From positions 1-36,913 of IMG/VR virus record IMGVR_UViG_3300047163_000044: 36,913 nucleotides of DNA; one strand, written 5' to 3'. Position 1 is the stretch's first letter. Each line of letters begins with the position of its first letter. Made by a program: the position numbers and the translations under genes. The notes beneath the pieces were generated by a model. The model did no database searches, was not told the origin of the DNA, and saw only the letters and a list, made by a program, of their open reading frames with translations. The stretch comes from a virus. Below are positions 26,787 to 35,764 of this stretch, piece by piece.

Positions 26787-28292
26787 ATGCCTGCGATTCC
26801 TTTCTGTGGAGAGACCTATTCCGATAAGACACTTAACGCGAATGCGCAACGCGCTATAAACTGGTATCCTTTTGTTTCGCCTACGCCGCAGAATCCTAAA
26901 CGACAGATAATGTATCCGACGCCTAATTTTTATCAGGCAATCTCACAGTCTTTTACTCAATCCCGTGGCCTTATTAACGTCAATAATAATATATTTTTTG
27001 TTGCGGGAAATGGCTTTTATCAGTTCACCCCTAATAATCCTCAAGACCCGTTACTTACGCAAGGAAGTATAACAAAATTAGGGACGCTTAATACATCTTT
27101 CGGGATATGTTCGATTGTATGCAATACGGTGCAGATTGTTATTTCCGATTCAACTTACGGATATGTATATAATCTGACTTCCGGTGCATTTACGCAAATC
27201 TCTACTTCAGGTGGGTTTCCCGCTAATGGCGTGACGAATCTTACTTATCAGGATAGTTTTGTTATCGCCGCAGTGAATGACTCGCAAGAACTGATTATTT
27301 CAAATTCACTGGATGCCACTACATGGAATGCGCTTTCAGTAGATAAAATTTATTCTTACTCTGATAATATATCAGGGGTGTTTTCTGATGGCCTTCAACT
27401 TTATGTCATGGGGCCGAAGTTTACTGAAGTGCAGTATGACGCCGGAACTTATCCTTATCCCTTCTCACGAGTGCAGGGCGTTCTGATTAAAGCGGGGCTT
27501 GCTGCCGTCAATAGCCTTTGCCTTGTGGGTAACACGGTGGCTTTTCTGGCGTCTGATATTGCCGGGAAAGCATATGTTGCTTTTCTGAATGGATATAGCA
27601 CCGAGCCTATTTCAACCGCTCCCATTAATGAGAAATTGGAGCGGTATTCAACGGTCAGTGATGCGTTTGCTTATACTTACCGTGAAGGTGATAATCAGTT
27701 CTATGTGATTACTTTCCCTACGGCCCAGGCTACATGGGCATGTGATATCAAAACAAAGCAGTGGCATGAGCGCCAATATAACGGCGGCGCGGATTTGCCG
27801 TCGTTCTATATCACCTGGAACGGATTACATGTTGTCATGGATTCAACGGGCAATTTTTACTTAATGAGTCAGGACTATCCCCCGACAGGCGAAGTTTTTT
27901 TAAGCGTCACTATACCCAGTCCGCGCGTAAGAACTTGCCAGCATTTTATGAATGACGGCAAAACCTCTTTCATTGAAGAGCTTCATGCTGAAATGGAATG
28001 TGGATTACTGGACGCCCAGATACAGCAATACGGCATTGATATTGCGAATTATGGAAATAACGGGAATGATAACCCCCCTCAAGTCACGTTAGAAATTTCC
28101 CGTGATGGTGGTCATGTCTGGCATAATGTCGGCATGAGAAGCCTCGGTAAAATGGGACAATATCTAACCCGGGTCATCTGGCGCAAATTAGGAAGATTCC
28201 GTACCTATGCGACTTTCCGCGTGACGATTACCGATCCGTGCAGACCCTATCTTCTAGGGGCATGGGCGACGATTAAAGGTGGATTGAAATGA
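26787..28292 (+). CDS. P22 gp10-like tail hub / packaged-DNA stabilisation protein (501 aa)
   Basis: The start is taken at ATG 26787, after aaggaagga. The C-terminus GQYLTRVIWRKLGRFRTYATFRVTITDPCRPYLLGAWATI parallels P22 gp10 DKRVLWKRVGRIRRLIGFKLRVITKSPVTLSGCQIRL. Confidence 0.78.
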   Translation: MPAIPFCGETYSDKTLNANAQRAINWYPFVSPTPQNPKRQIMYPTPNFYQAISQSFTQSRGLINVNNNIFFVAGNGFYQFTPNNPQDPLLTQGSITKLGTLNTSFGICSIVCNTVQIVISDSTYGYVYNLTSGAFTQISTSGGFPANGVTNLTYQDSFVIAAVNDSQELIISNSLDATTWNALSVDKIYSYSDNISGVFSDGLQLYVMGPKFTEVQYDAGTYPYPFSRVQGVLIKAGLAAVNSLCLVGNTVAFLASDIAGKAYVAFLNGYSTEPISTAPINEKLERYSTVSDAFAYTYREGDNQFYVITFPTAQATWACDIKTKQWHERQYNGGADLPSFYITWNGLHVVMDSTGNFYLMSQDYPPTGEVFLSVTIPSPRVRTCQHFMNDGKTSFIEELHAEMECGLLDAQIQQYGIDIANYGNNGNDNPPQVTLEISRDGGHVWHNVGMRSLGKMGQYLTRVIWRKLGRFRTYATFRVTITDPCRPYLLGAWATIKGGLK

Positions 28293-28729
28293 GCAATATT
28301 CAACCCCTCAATCAAAATTTTAAACTGGTAGATCAAAACGGCTTTCCGACAGTTGAAGGGCTGAGATATTTCACCAATCTACTCCAAAGAGTAGGAGGAA
28401 TTACCGGCGGTACTTATACTCAGCTTCGGGTGGCTTCAGGCGGCTTTATCTGGGATTTAAATGCTTCCCCGGTTTCATATGTTACCTTGAACGCAACGGG
28501 AATTGTTCCCAGTATCATTAATCCGGTGGCGGGACTTCTCTATCCTTACCGATTACAGCTTATACAGGATGGAACCGGAAGCAGAACAGTCGCATGGCCT
28601 GCAACTGTGAAATGGGCTTCAGGGGCGGCCCCGACTCTATCAACCGGCGCAGGCGCATTGGATGAAATCTGGTTTTCCAGTGATGGAACGAATCTTTACG
28701 GCGTGACGGGGGCATTGAACTTACATTGA
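28289..28729 (+). CDS. Hypothetical virion/tail protein (146 aa), at the position of the P22 needle/plug gene
   Basis: It makes an ATGA overlap with the upstream gene. It is beta-rich (..LIQDGTGSRTVAWPATVKWASGAAPTLSTGAGALDEIWFSSDG), not coiled-coil like P22 gp26. Confidence 0.65.
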   Translation: MSNIQPLNQNFKLVDQNGFPTVEGLRYFTNLLQRVGGITGGTYTQLRVASGGFIWDLNASPVSYVTLNATGIVPSIINPVAGLLYPYRLQLIQDGTGSRTVAWPATVKWASGAAPTLSTGAGALDEIWFSSDGTNLYGVTGALNLH

Positions 28730-29133
28730 AACTATTTTTTGTTCTCCCAGGTCAAATTGATGATTGGGAATTGACCATAAGGCCATTGCTTAACCGCGCG
28801 GCTGATGATTCCGGTGAAAGATATACCGCCGAAGACATCCTGCATCGCGCCAAAGAAGGAGATATGCAGATTTGGGTTGTGATGGATGACCATATCCTGA
28901 AAGCCCTCTGTGTAACGGAAGTCACTCAATATCCCAAATGCAAGGAAATGTGCATTGTCATCATGACGGGATATGAGATGCATTTATGGACATTTTTACT
29001 AGAGCGGCTTGAAAACATCGCTCGGGAAAGTGGATGTAAGCGATTCAAGGGGTATGCGCGTCCGGGTTGGGAAAAGATTCTTAGGCCTTACGGCTATCAA
29101 AAAACACATGTTATCTTGGAAAAGGATTTGTAG
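28726..29133 (+). CDS. GNAT-like (acetyltransferase-fold) protein (135 aa). The function is tentative.
   Basis: WTFLLERLENIARESGCKRFKGYARPGWEKILRPYGYQKTHVILEKDL resembles the C-terminal half of GNAT domains. No clear Q/RxxGxG/A acetyl-CoA motif is seen. A TTG start overlaps the previous stop, and the alternative is an internal Met. Confidence 0.5.
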   Translation: MKLFFVLPGQIDDWELTIRPLLNRAADDSGERYTAEDILHRAKEGDMQIWVVMDDHILKALCVTEVTQYPKCKEMCIVIMTGYEMHLWTFLLERLENIARESGCKRFKGYARPGWEKILRPYGYQKTHVILEKDL

Positions 29134-29135
29134 TT

Positions 29136-30650
29136 ATGGACTTTCTGGAAGCGGGACGTGCAATAGTAGAAGCGCACCGCCGCCAGTATCATGGCGTTTA
29201 TTACATGAAGGGAGGATTTATAGGACAGGCTCTTAGTAATCCTATAGTTGATACAGTTTTGTCGGCTGTTGCTTCTCTTGCCGCTCCTGGAATCGGAACC
29301 GCATTAGGTGCAACCCTTGGAGCTGGTACCCTTGGAGCTATTGGAGGTGGCGTAGCCGCTGGCGGTCTTTCTGCAATAAATGGAAAGAGTATCGGCAGTG
29401 ATTTACTCAGTGCTGCCGGTGGCGCTTTAGGGGGGGCTGGACTCAATGGCGGATTGAGTGGCATTGGGGATGCGCTTACGAGCGCAGGCAATGGCATTGG
29501 TGGATTAGTTGGTGATTCTACGCTAGGGACTGATGTTGGAAGTGGTCTTAGCAATATTGGTTCAAGTATTGGTAATGGCGTATCCAATGTAGGAAGCTCA
29601 ATAAGTCAGGGTCTTGGTTTTTCCTCTGCTCCGGCAGGAAGTGGTCTTACTCCTGATTTTACCAGCGCCTTTACAGACGGAAGCGCATATGCTCCTTCCA
29701 CGGCAGCATCTTCAGCCCCAGGAACCATAGGGGCTGGATTTACTCCTTCAGCGGCAGCTGGAAGCGGTTTAGGTGGTGGTTCTTCGGGTGGCTTTGCCGC
29801 ACTTGACCCCTCTTCTTTGGGCGCTAATACCGGAAGTGGGTTTTTTAGCCCGACGCAAGCGTTAGATAATTCCGCAGCCGGAGGGGCATTAGGCGGCTCT
29901 GGTGATGTTGCAGCAGCGAATGGCGGCCTTTCGGTAGGCTCTGGCTTCAATGGAGTACCGAGCGCGGCGGATCAAATTACACAAGCAGGAAATCAAGCCA
30001 TAGGAGGCAGCGGAAATATGGGAATTCTCTCAAGTATATTTGGCAATTCAGGTGGTGCTGCATCTTCATCAGGCGGTGGTAATAGCAACCTGTTAAATGG
30101 CCTTCTGCGCACCGGATTAGGGCAGTTGTTTAATCAAAATCCCACCACTCCACTCGCGGGCGTCGGGCAGCAGGTTAGTCAGGCAGCGCAACAATATAAT
30201 CCCTATATCCAGACTGGAAGCGCAGCTCAAACTAAGCTAGGTAATCTTGAGGGTTTAAATGGCACATCAGCGCAACAGGGAGCGCAACAGAACTGGCAGA
30301 ATACCCCAGGTTACCAATTTCAGCTTCAGCAAGGCACCGGAGCATTACAGAACAGCGCGGCGGCGTCGGGTGGTCTATTAAATGGGAATACCGGCGAAGC
30401 ATTACAGCAGTATGGTCAGGGTTTAGCAAATACCACTTATCAGCAATACCTCAATAACTTGCAACAGCAGGCAGGAAATGGCGCGAATGCAATTACTCCT
30501 CAGGCAAATCTTATCGGACAGGGCGCAACACTGAGTGCAATGCCTTCTATGTATCAAAAGAACCAGAATAATACAGGAATAGGCGGAATCCTCTCTTCTC
30601 TTTTTCCTTCTCAGCAAAATGGCGGCGGTGGCCTCCTCTCTCTTCTTTAG
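29136..30650 (+). CDS. Gly/Ser/Ala-rich internal virion (ejection) protein (504 aa) with glycine-zipper segments
   Basis: It sits in the ejection-protein block. The low-complexity GxxxG runs include GIGTALGATLGAGTLGAIGGGVAAGGL. The C-terminal part is Gln/Asn-rich. Confidence 0.75.
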   Translation: MDFLEAGRAIVEAHRRQYHGVYYMKGGFIGQALSNPIVDTVLSAVASLAAPGIGTALGATLGAGTLGAIGGGVAAGGLSAINGKSIGSDLLSAAGGALGGAGLNGGLSGIGDALTSAGNGIGGLVGDSTLGTDVGSGLSNIGSSIGNGVSNVGSSISQGLGFSSAPAGSGLTPDFTSAFTDGSAYAPSTAASSAPGTIGAGFTPSAAAGSGLGGGSSGGFAALDPSSLGANTGSGFFSPTQALDNSAAGGALGGSGDVAAANGGLSVGSGFNGVPSAADQITQAGNQAIGGSGNMGILSSIFGNSGGAASSSGGGNSNLLNGLLRTGLGQLFNQNPTTPLAGVGQQVSQAAQQYNPYIQTGSAAQTKLGNLEGLNGTSAQQGAQQNWQNTPGYQFQLQQGTGALQNSAAASGGLLNGNTGEALQQYGQGLANTTYQQYLNNLQQQAGNGANAITPQANLIGQGATLSAMPSMYQKNQNNTGIGGILSSLFPSQQNGGGGLLSLL

Positions 30651-30657
30651 GTAAAAA

Positions 30658-31938
30658 ATGGGACTTCTCAGTTCAATCCTTGGTGGCGCAACTACTGCCG
30701 CGCAATTGCCAGGCGCTATTGGTGACGCTAATCAGGCCAATCAGCAGAATATCGCCAATCAGCAGGCCCTTGCTCAAACTGCAAATCAGCAAATAGACAC
30801 TCAGCAGAAACAACGTGGTTTTCAGCTTTCCATGTTAAATGGGGTAATGACGCTTCCCGAAGATAAACAGGCGGATGCATTGTCTAAAATCATTCCGATG
30901 TTTAACCGCAGCGGCCCTATAAGAGTGGAACCGGATACATTCACACCGGCGACCGCCAAGATGCTTCTCATGTCGAATGTGCCGACTGAGCAGGTTCCGC
31001 AATATCAGATGATTCAAAGTCAGGCAGCTTTCTTAAATGCAGTACGAAACAGGCTTGCAGGAAATAATGGGCAACTACAAAGTGGCGCTATACCCGACCA
31101 GGCTAGTGCTCCACAAAGCACAGTCACGCCTCAAAACGGCATTTTAAATGGCCCCGCCCCAATTCCACAAGGTGGAGGTCAGCCGATTGATCAAGGTACG
31201 CGTGATTTACTGGCGACTGTTATGCCCGATGTGGCAAATTCCCTGACGAATATTCAAAGGGCACAATATGAAAGTCCACAGGGACAACAGCAAATCGCCC
31301 AAGGAAAAAAACAAGGCGATAATCTTGCTGATGTTCAGAAAACATTCAATGTTGCCGAAAGTGCATTGCCACGCGCTTTAGAGAGATTTGAGCAAATTCG
31401 TAATGCCGCCCTAGATGCTAGTTACGGCACGGGCGTGAACAATAAAGGTGAGGGATGGGCACCGAATTTTGCCAAGTCATCTATTGGTCAGTTTTTTGAG
31501 CCGAACACAGCTACAGCGAATCAAACCATAGATCAGGCAACGAGCCAAGGCGTTTTAAGCGAATTAGGGCCGCAGATGCAAGGATTGAAAGGAAATAAAT
31601 TCCTAGAAGGAATTGCAGCCGGAGCAAGTGGATTAAATCATTCAGACCCGCCGCAAACTAAAGTTCATGCCGTCGATGGACTTGAGGCGCAATATATTTC
31701 CAATCTTAAGCAGCTTGCCGCGCAGCGACGAGCTTACGGTGATAACAGGGCTCCTACTGATGAGCAAATTGATGCGGAGGTGGCAAGGCTCAAAAGCCAG
31801 AAACAAAGCTCACCAGTTTCTGGCTCTCCTAAGGGAGGAACTCCCATGCCGCCACTAGGAGCCAGAAAAGCGGAAGATAATAACTGGTATCTCCCCGACC
31901 CTAATAGACCCGGAAAGTATTTGCAATGGCGTCCCTGA
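30658..31938 (+). CDS. Internal virion (ejection) protein (426 aa)
   Basis: Position supports the call. The N-terminus is Gln/Asn-rich (QANQQNIANQQALAQTANQQIDTQQKQ). No enzymatic motif was recognised. Confidence 0.7.
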   Translation: MGLLSSILGGATTAAQLPGAIGDANQANQQNIANQQALAQTANQQIDTQQKQRGFQLSMLNGVMTLPEDKQADALSKIIPMFNRSGPIRVEPDTFTPATAKMLLMSNVPTEQVPQYQMIQSQAAFLNAVRNRLAGNNGQLQSGAIPDQASAPQSTVTPQNGILNGPAPIPQGGGQPIDQGTRDLLATVMPDVANSLTNIQRAQYESPQGQQQIAQGKKQGDNLADVQKTFNVAESALPRALERFEQIRNAALDASYGTGVNNKGEGWAPNFAKSSIGQFFEPNTATANQTIDQATSQGVLSELGPQMQGLKGNKFLEGIAAGASGLNHSDPPQTKVHAVDGLEAQYISNLKQLAAQRRAYGDNRAPTDEQIDAEVARLKSQKQSSPVSGSPKGGTPMPPLGARKAEDNNWYLPDPNRPGKYLQWRP

Positions 31939-34463
31939 TTCCGGTTGACCACGACCCATTTGCTGGCTCTCCTACTCAAACCGGTTCATTAGTGCCTGTA
32001 GATCACGACCCGTTCCAACCCTATAATATTAACGATTACATTGGCGATGTTAAACAGTCTGTTTCGGGCGGGGCGCGGAGTTTGGCAGACTTATTCACTT
32101 CAAAGCCTTATAGCCCGCAAGCATTACTCAACGCTCCTTCGCAATATTCTGGAAATATTCAAAGCGATATCGTGCAGGGCAATTGGGGGAATCTTCCCAA
32201 GGATATTGCGGGCCGTGTAAATGAGGGAATTGGCAATTCATTTGCTGGTAAGTTATTGGGCGGTGTTGGTGGAATCGTTGGCGCTCCGCTCGTGCCGCCT
32301 ATCCAAGCTGGAATTAACAAGCTTGATGATTTGGGTGTTCCGAAGGAAATCTCTCAGCTTGCATTAAATGCATCACCCTTACTTGCAAAGGGGTTGGGCG
32401 GGGAAACTGTACCACCTGCAGAAGCTCCCGTGAGTAATGCTTATCAGCAAACGGCAAAGATTTTAACGAATAATGGTAACACACCTGAAGCAGTCATGAG
32501 TGCTGCTCAGCAAATAAAAAATGCTCCTGAAGGCACTATCCCGCAAACATTACCGGAAGTTATACAAGACCCGAATTTACTTGCACGGCAACGTGCATAC
32601 GGCGAACAGGCAAATGACGCTGGTAGCAGATTTCAGCAGTTCAATCAAGAACGGCTTGGAAATGCCCTACCCGCAGCAAAAGAAGATTTGGTTTCGCTGT
32701 CCGCTGGGGAAAATACACCATCTACCCTTACTGACTCTGGGACGCAAATACAGAATGTTGCCAAAGGTATAATTGACGACGCAATAAAACAACGCACGGA
32801 AGCCGTAAAGCCAATTTACGAAAGCATTAAAAATGAGCCGCTTGATAATGGCGCGATGATGCAGCTTCGCGCCAATCCGCTCATTGAAAATGAATATCAG
32901 AAAGTACTTGGCAACGATGCTCTCATGGAACGGCAAAATCAATTTAAGCCGCAAGTGCCGCCTGAATTAGCGAATCTCTCACCCGAAGCGCAACAGCAGG
33001 CAATGGCGCAATTGCCTACGCCTCCAAAGGTTGTAAAAACGGTTACAGGCGGCTTAGACCCTTCGAGCATTGGCGCATGGGATGCAGTGAAGAAGAATCT
33101 AGCCGCTCAAATAGACGCAATGCAAGCGCAGGGGCGTACACAGGAAAAGCTTTACGGTTTGTTAAACAGCGCCCGCAATCAGGTTCGTCAGACGCTTGGT
33201 GATACAAATGAAAAATATAATACGGCCAATGATGAATATGCTTCACAATCGCCTGAAATATCTGCCATGCAAAAAGGCCCGCTTGGTTCCTTAGCGCGCG
33301 CGCAAACTGGAGAGAATGCAGCTCGTGCATTTATGAATATGAGCCGTGAGCAACTTAAGCAAGTTGTGCCTAAATTAGAAGAGGTCAATCCCGATGCAAT
33401 AAAAGCCATATCATCGGCAGTATTGCAGGAAGTGACGGATAAAACATCTGGTGGCGGAATCGCTCCTTATTTAAAGGCGTTAAGCGGTAACGATATTATA
33501 AAAGATAGGATGAAAGTCATCTTGTCGCCGGAAGCATATGATGCACAGCAAGCATTGGTTGATACGCTTAAGAAGATACAGGCAGGACAGCCCCGCAATT
33601 CCGAAACGATGTCTAAGGCCCTTATCGAAGGACAGGCAAAGGAAGAGTCAAATCCATTGAGTATGCTAAGTAAAGCAAAAAATATTCCCACTTCCGCGAC
33701 TGGTTTAATAGGCAAAGGATTAGAATTAGCCCAAACCTATTTCTCATCTAAATATGCTCAGCAATACAAAGCTGATATGATTAAGCTTTTTATCGATCCA
33801 GACCTTGAGCAATTAGGAAGGGCTTTGCGTGGGGTTAATTCACCCATAGGCAGAACAACTACTGTTTTGCAATGGCTTGGAAACAAATCATTGAGGGCAA
33901 CTTATCCCGCTGCGATTGGAGCTTCTGAAGAACAGAGAACACAAAAACTTCAAGAGCATCCCATTATTACACAATTCAAAAACGAGCAGCCCTTCAATAC
34001 GTCCATGAAGGATGGTCTGATGAGCGCTTTCGCCAAGGCGGAAAGCAATAATAATCCCTCTGCAAGAAATCCCAATAGTTCCGCATCAGGTCTTATGCAG
34101 TTCACCGATGGCACCTGGAAACAAATGGTGAAACGCTACGGTGCGGAAACGGGGATTACTGTGCAGGACAGGAATGACCCGGCGGCGCAAACGACCATGG
34201 CGAGATTGTATGCGAAAGACAACATTGCCAAGATGCAGCCGTTCCTGAAGAGACTCCCTACTAAGGGGGAACTCTATCAGGCGCATGTGTTAGGGCCAGA
34301 CGGTGCCTTGCGCCTTATAAATGCAGCCAATGCCACACCAGACAAGCAAGCGATTATGCTTTTCCCTCGCGCAGTCACTTCTGCAAATCGCAATTTATTC
34401 TTTAACGGCAATCAACCGCGCAGCGTAGCGCAACTTTATCAAATTCTAAGCAGTAAGGTTTAA
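31926..34463 (+). CDS. Internal virion (ejection) protein with a C-terminal soluble lytic transglycosylase (SLT) domain (845 aa)
   Basis: AFAKAESNNNPSARNPNSSASGLMQFTDGTWKQMVKRYG...YQAHVLGP has the catalytic Glu-Ser and GLMQ motifs of SLT domains. Size and position are as for podoviral ejection proteins. Confidence 0.88.
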   Translation: MASLIPVDHDPFAGSPTQTGSLVPVDHDPFQPYNINDYIGDVKQSVSGGARSLADLFTSKPYSPQALLNAPSQYSGNIQSDIVQGNWGNLPKDIAGRVNEGIGNSFAGKLLGGVGGIVGAPLVPPIQAGINKLDDLGVPKEISQLALNASPLLAKGLGGETVPPAEAPVSNAYQQTAKILTNNGNTPEAVMSAAQQIKNAPEGTIPQTLPEVIQDPNLLARQRAYGEQANDAGSRFQQFNQERLGNALPAAKEDLVSLSAGENTPSTLTDSGTQIQNVAKGIIDDAIKQRTEAVKPIYESIKNEPLDNGAMMQLRANPLIENEYQKVLGNDALMERQNQFKPQVPPELANLSPEAQQQAMAQLPTPPKVVKTVTGGLDPSSIGAWDAVKKNLAAQIDAMQAQGRTQEKLYGLLNSARNQVRQTLGDTNEKYNTANDEYASQSPEISAMQKGPLGSLARAQTGENAARAFMNMSREQLKQVVPKLEEVNPDAIKAISSAVLQEVTDKTSGGGIAPYLKALSGNDIIKDRMKVILSPEAYDAQQALVDTLKKIQAGQPRNSETMSKALIEGQAKEESNPLSMLSKAKNIPTSATGLIGKGLELAQTYFSSKYAQQYKADMIKLFIDPDLEQLGRALRGVNSPIGRTTTVLQWLGNKSLRATYPAAIGASEEQRTQKLQEHPIITQFKNEQPFNTSMKDGLMSAFAKAESNNNPSARNPNSSASGLMQFTDGTWKQMVKRYGAETGITVQDRNDPAAQTTMARLYAKDNIAKMQPFLKRLPTKGELYQAHVLGPDGALRLINAANATPDKQAIMLFPRAVTSANRNLFFNGNQPRSVAQLYQILSSKV

Positions 34464-34464
34464 A

Positions 34465-35748
34465 ATGGCAGTTATAGCATCGCCACAATCTACTTATTTT
34501 ACAGGCGGCCAGGTGGCCGCTGGCGGGGCGCTTTATGTCTATAAAACCGGCACGACAACGCTGGTAACTTTATATTCTGACGGGGGTCTTACCATACCCA
34601 TAACCAACCCGATTACCCTTGATGTGAATGGTGAGGCATCTTTTTATGTCAGCACTGCGACAAATCTTAAATTAGTTTCGTATTCGGCGGTCGGTTCATT
34701 ACTGGAAACGCTAGATCCTGTTTATCCGATAAGTGCAACTTCATCATCATTATCGAATACAACGGCAATTGGTGGTTATCTTAATAAATTCCGCAATCCC
34801 GGCTTTGATGTAATGCAGCGTAATTCCACGGCTACTATAACCGCTGGAACGCCCGCCTATTCATTCGACGGATGGATAATTGGCTCGACGGGTGCTAATG
34901 TAATTTATTCCGCCGGGTCACCGGCTTCCACACCTAATTTTACGACTGAAAATTTTCTTAATATTACAGGCGCAACCAATGTAACGGACACATTTATAAA
35001 ACAACGCATTGAGTCATTGATAGCCGCTCCACTCGCAGGTCAGACCGTTACGGCTCAAATTACTATCTATAACACTTGTGGGACTCCGATTACTCCCACA
35101 ATAACAATTAAAGTTCCCAACTCGGCGGATAATTGGGGAAGCAGCACAACCGTTATTAACGGAGCAACTCTTCAAACCGCAGCTAATGCGGTCTGGACTA
35201 CTCTCTCTTATACTTTCATTTGTCCCGTAAGTGCTGTAAATGGATTAGAAGTCGCTTTTGATTTCGGCGCAGCGCTGAATGCAAATACCAAGAGCATATC
35301 ATTTACCGGCGCTGATATTCGGGTGACAACCAATTTAACCACGGGTCAAACAGCAAGCTTAAATATTCCACTTCCTGAATTGCGCAATATTCAAACGGAG
35401 TTGGCTTACTGTCAAAGATATCTACCTGTATTCAATTCCCAGAATACAGCAAACAACATTGCTATGGGGCAGTGCATAAGCTCAACTCAAGCTTTTGTTG
35501 TTTTCACCTTTAATGTTCCAACGCGCGCTTTAACAACAACACTCGCTATTTCAAGCCCGGCGCATGTTTCCTTATCTGCGGCAAACGGCACTTTGACGGG
35601 TTGTTCATCAGCCCTTTTTGATAACCCCTCACTCTATTCTGCAACCATCCAATTTACAGTAGCTTCTGGTTTAAGTGCCGGTAATGCTACAATTGCCACT
35701 TTTACCAATGCTTCCGGACAGATTATATTTGCCGGAGCAGAGCTTTAA
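34465..35748 (+). CDS. Tail fibre/spike protein (427 aa)
   Basis: The N-terminus YFTGGQVAAGGALYVYKTGTTTLVTLYSDGGLTIPITNPITLDVNGEASFYV is a recurrent phage-fibre N-terminal module, recognised from memory. The remainder is Thr/Ser/Asn-rich and beta-like. Confidence 0.72.
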   Translation: MAVIASPQSTYFTGGQVAAGGALYVYKTGTTTLVTLYSDGGLTIPITNPITLDVNGEASFYVSTATNLKLVSYSAVGSLLETLDPVYPISATSSSLSNTTAIGGYLNKFRNPGFDVMQRNSTATITAGTPAYSFDGWIIGSTGANVIYSAGSPASTPNFTTENFLNITGATNVTDTFIKQRIESLIAAPLAGQTVTAQITIYNTCGTPITPTITIKVPNSADNWGSSTTVINGATLQTAANAVWTTLSYTFICPVSAVNGLEVAFDFGAALNANTKSISFTGADIRVTTNLTTGQTASLNIPLPELRNIQTELAYCQRYLPVFNSQNTANNIAMGQCISSTQAFVVFTFNVPTRALTTTLAISSPAHVSLSAANGTLTGCSSALFDNPSLYSATIQFTVASGLSAGNATIATFTNASGQIIFAGAEL

Positions 35749-35764
35749 TCATCGGAGAATTACT

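Noticed and set aside
29201-29950. Antisense ORFs 29201..29587 and 29606..29950 inside the Gly-rich ejection-protein gene.
   Set aside because: They mirror GGN/GCN-rich coding sequence (Pro/Ala-rich products) and have no start signals. The sense gene fits the operon.
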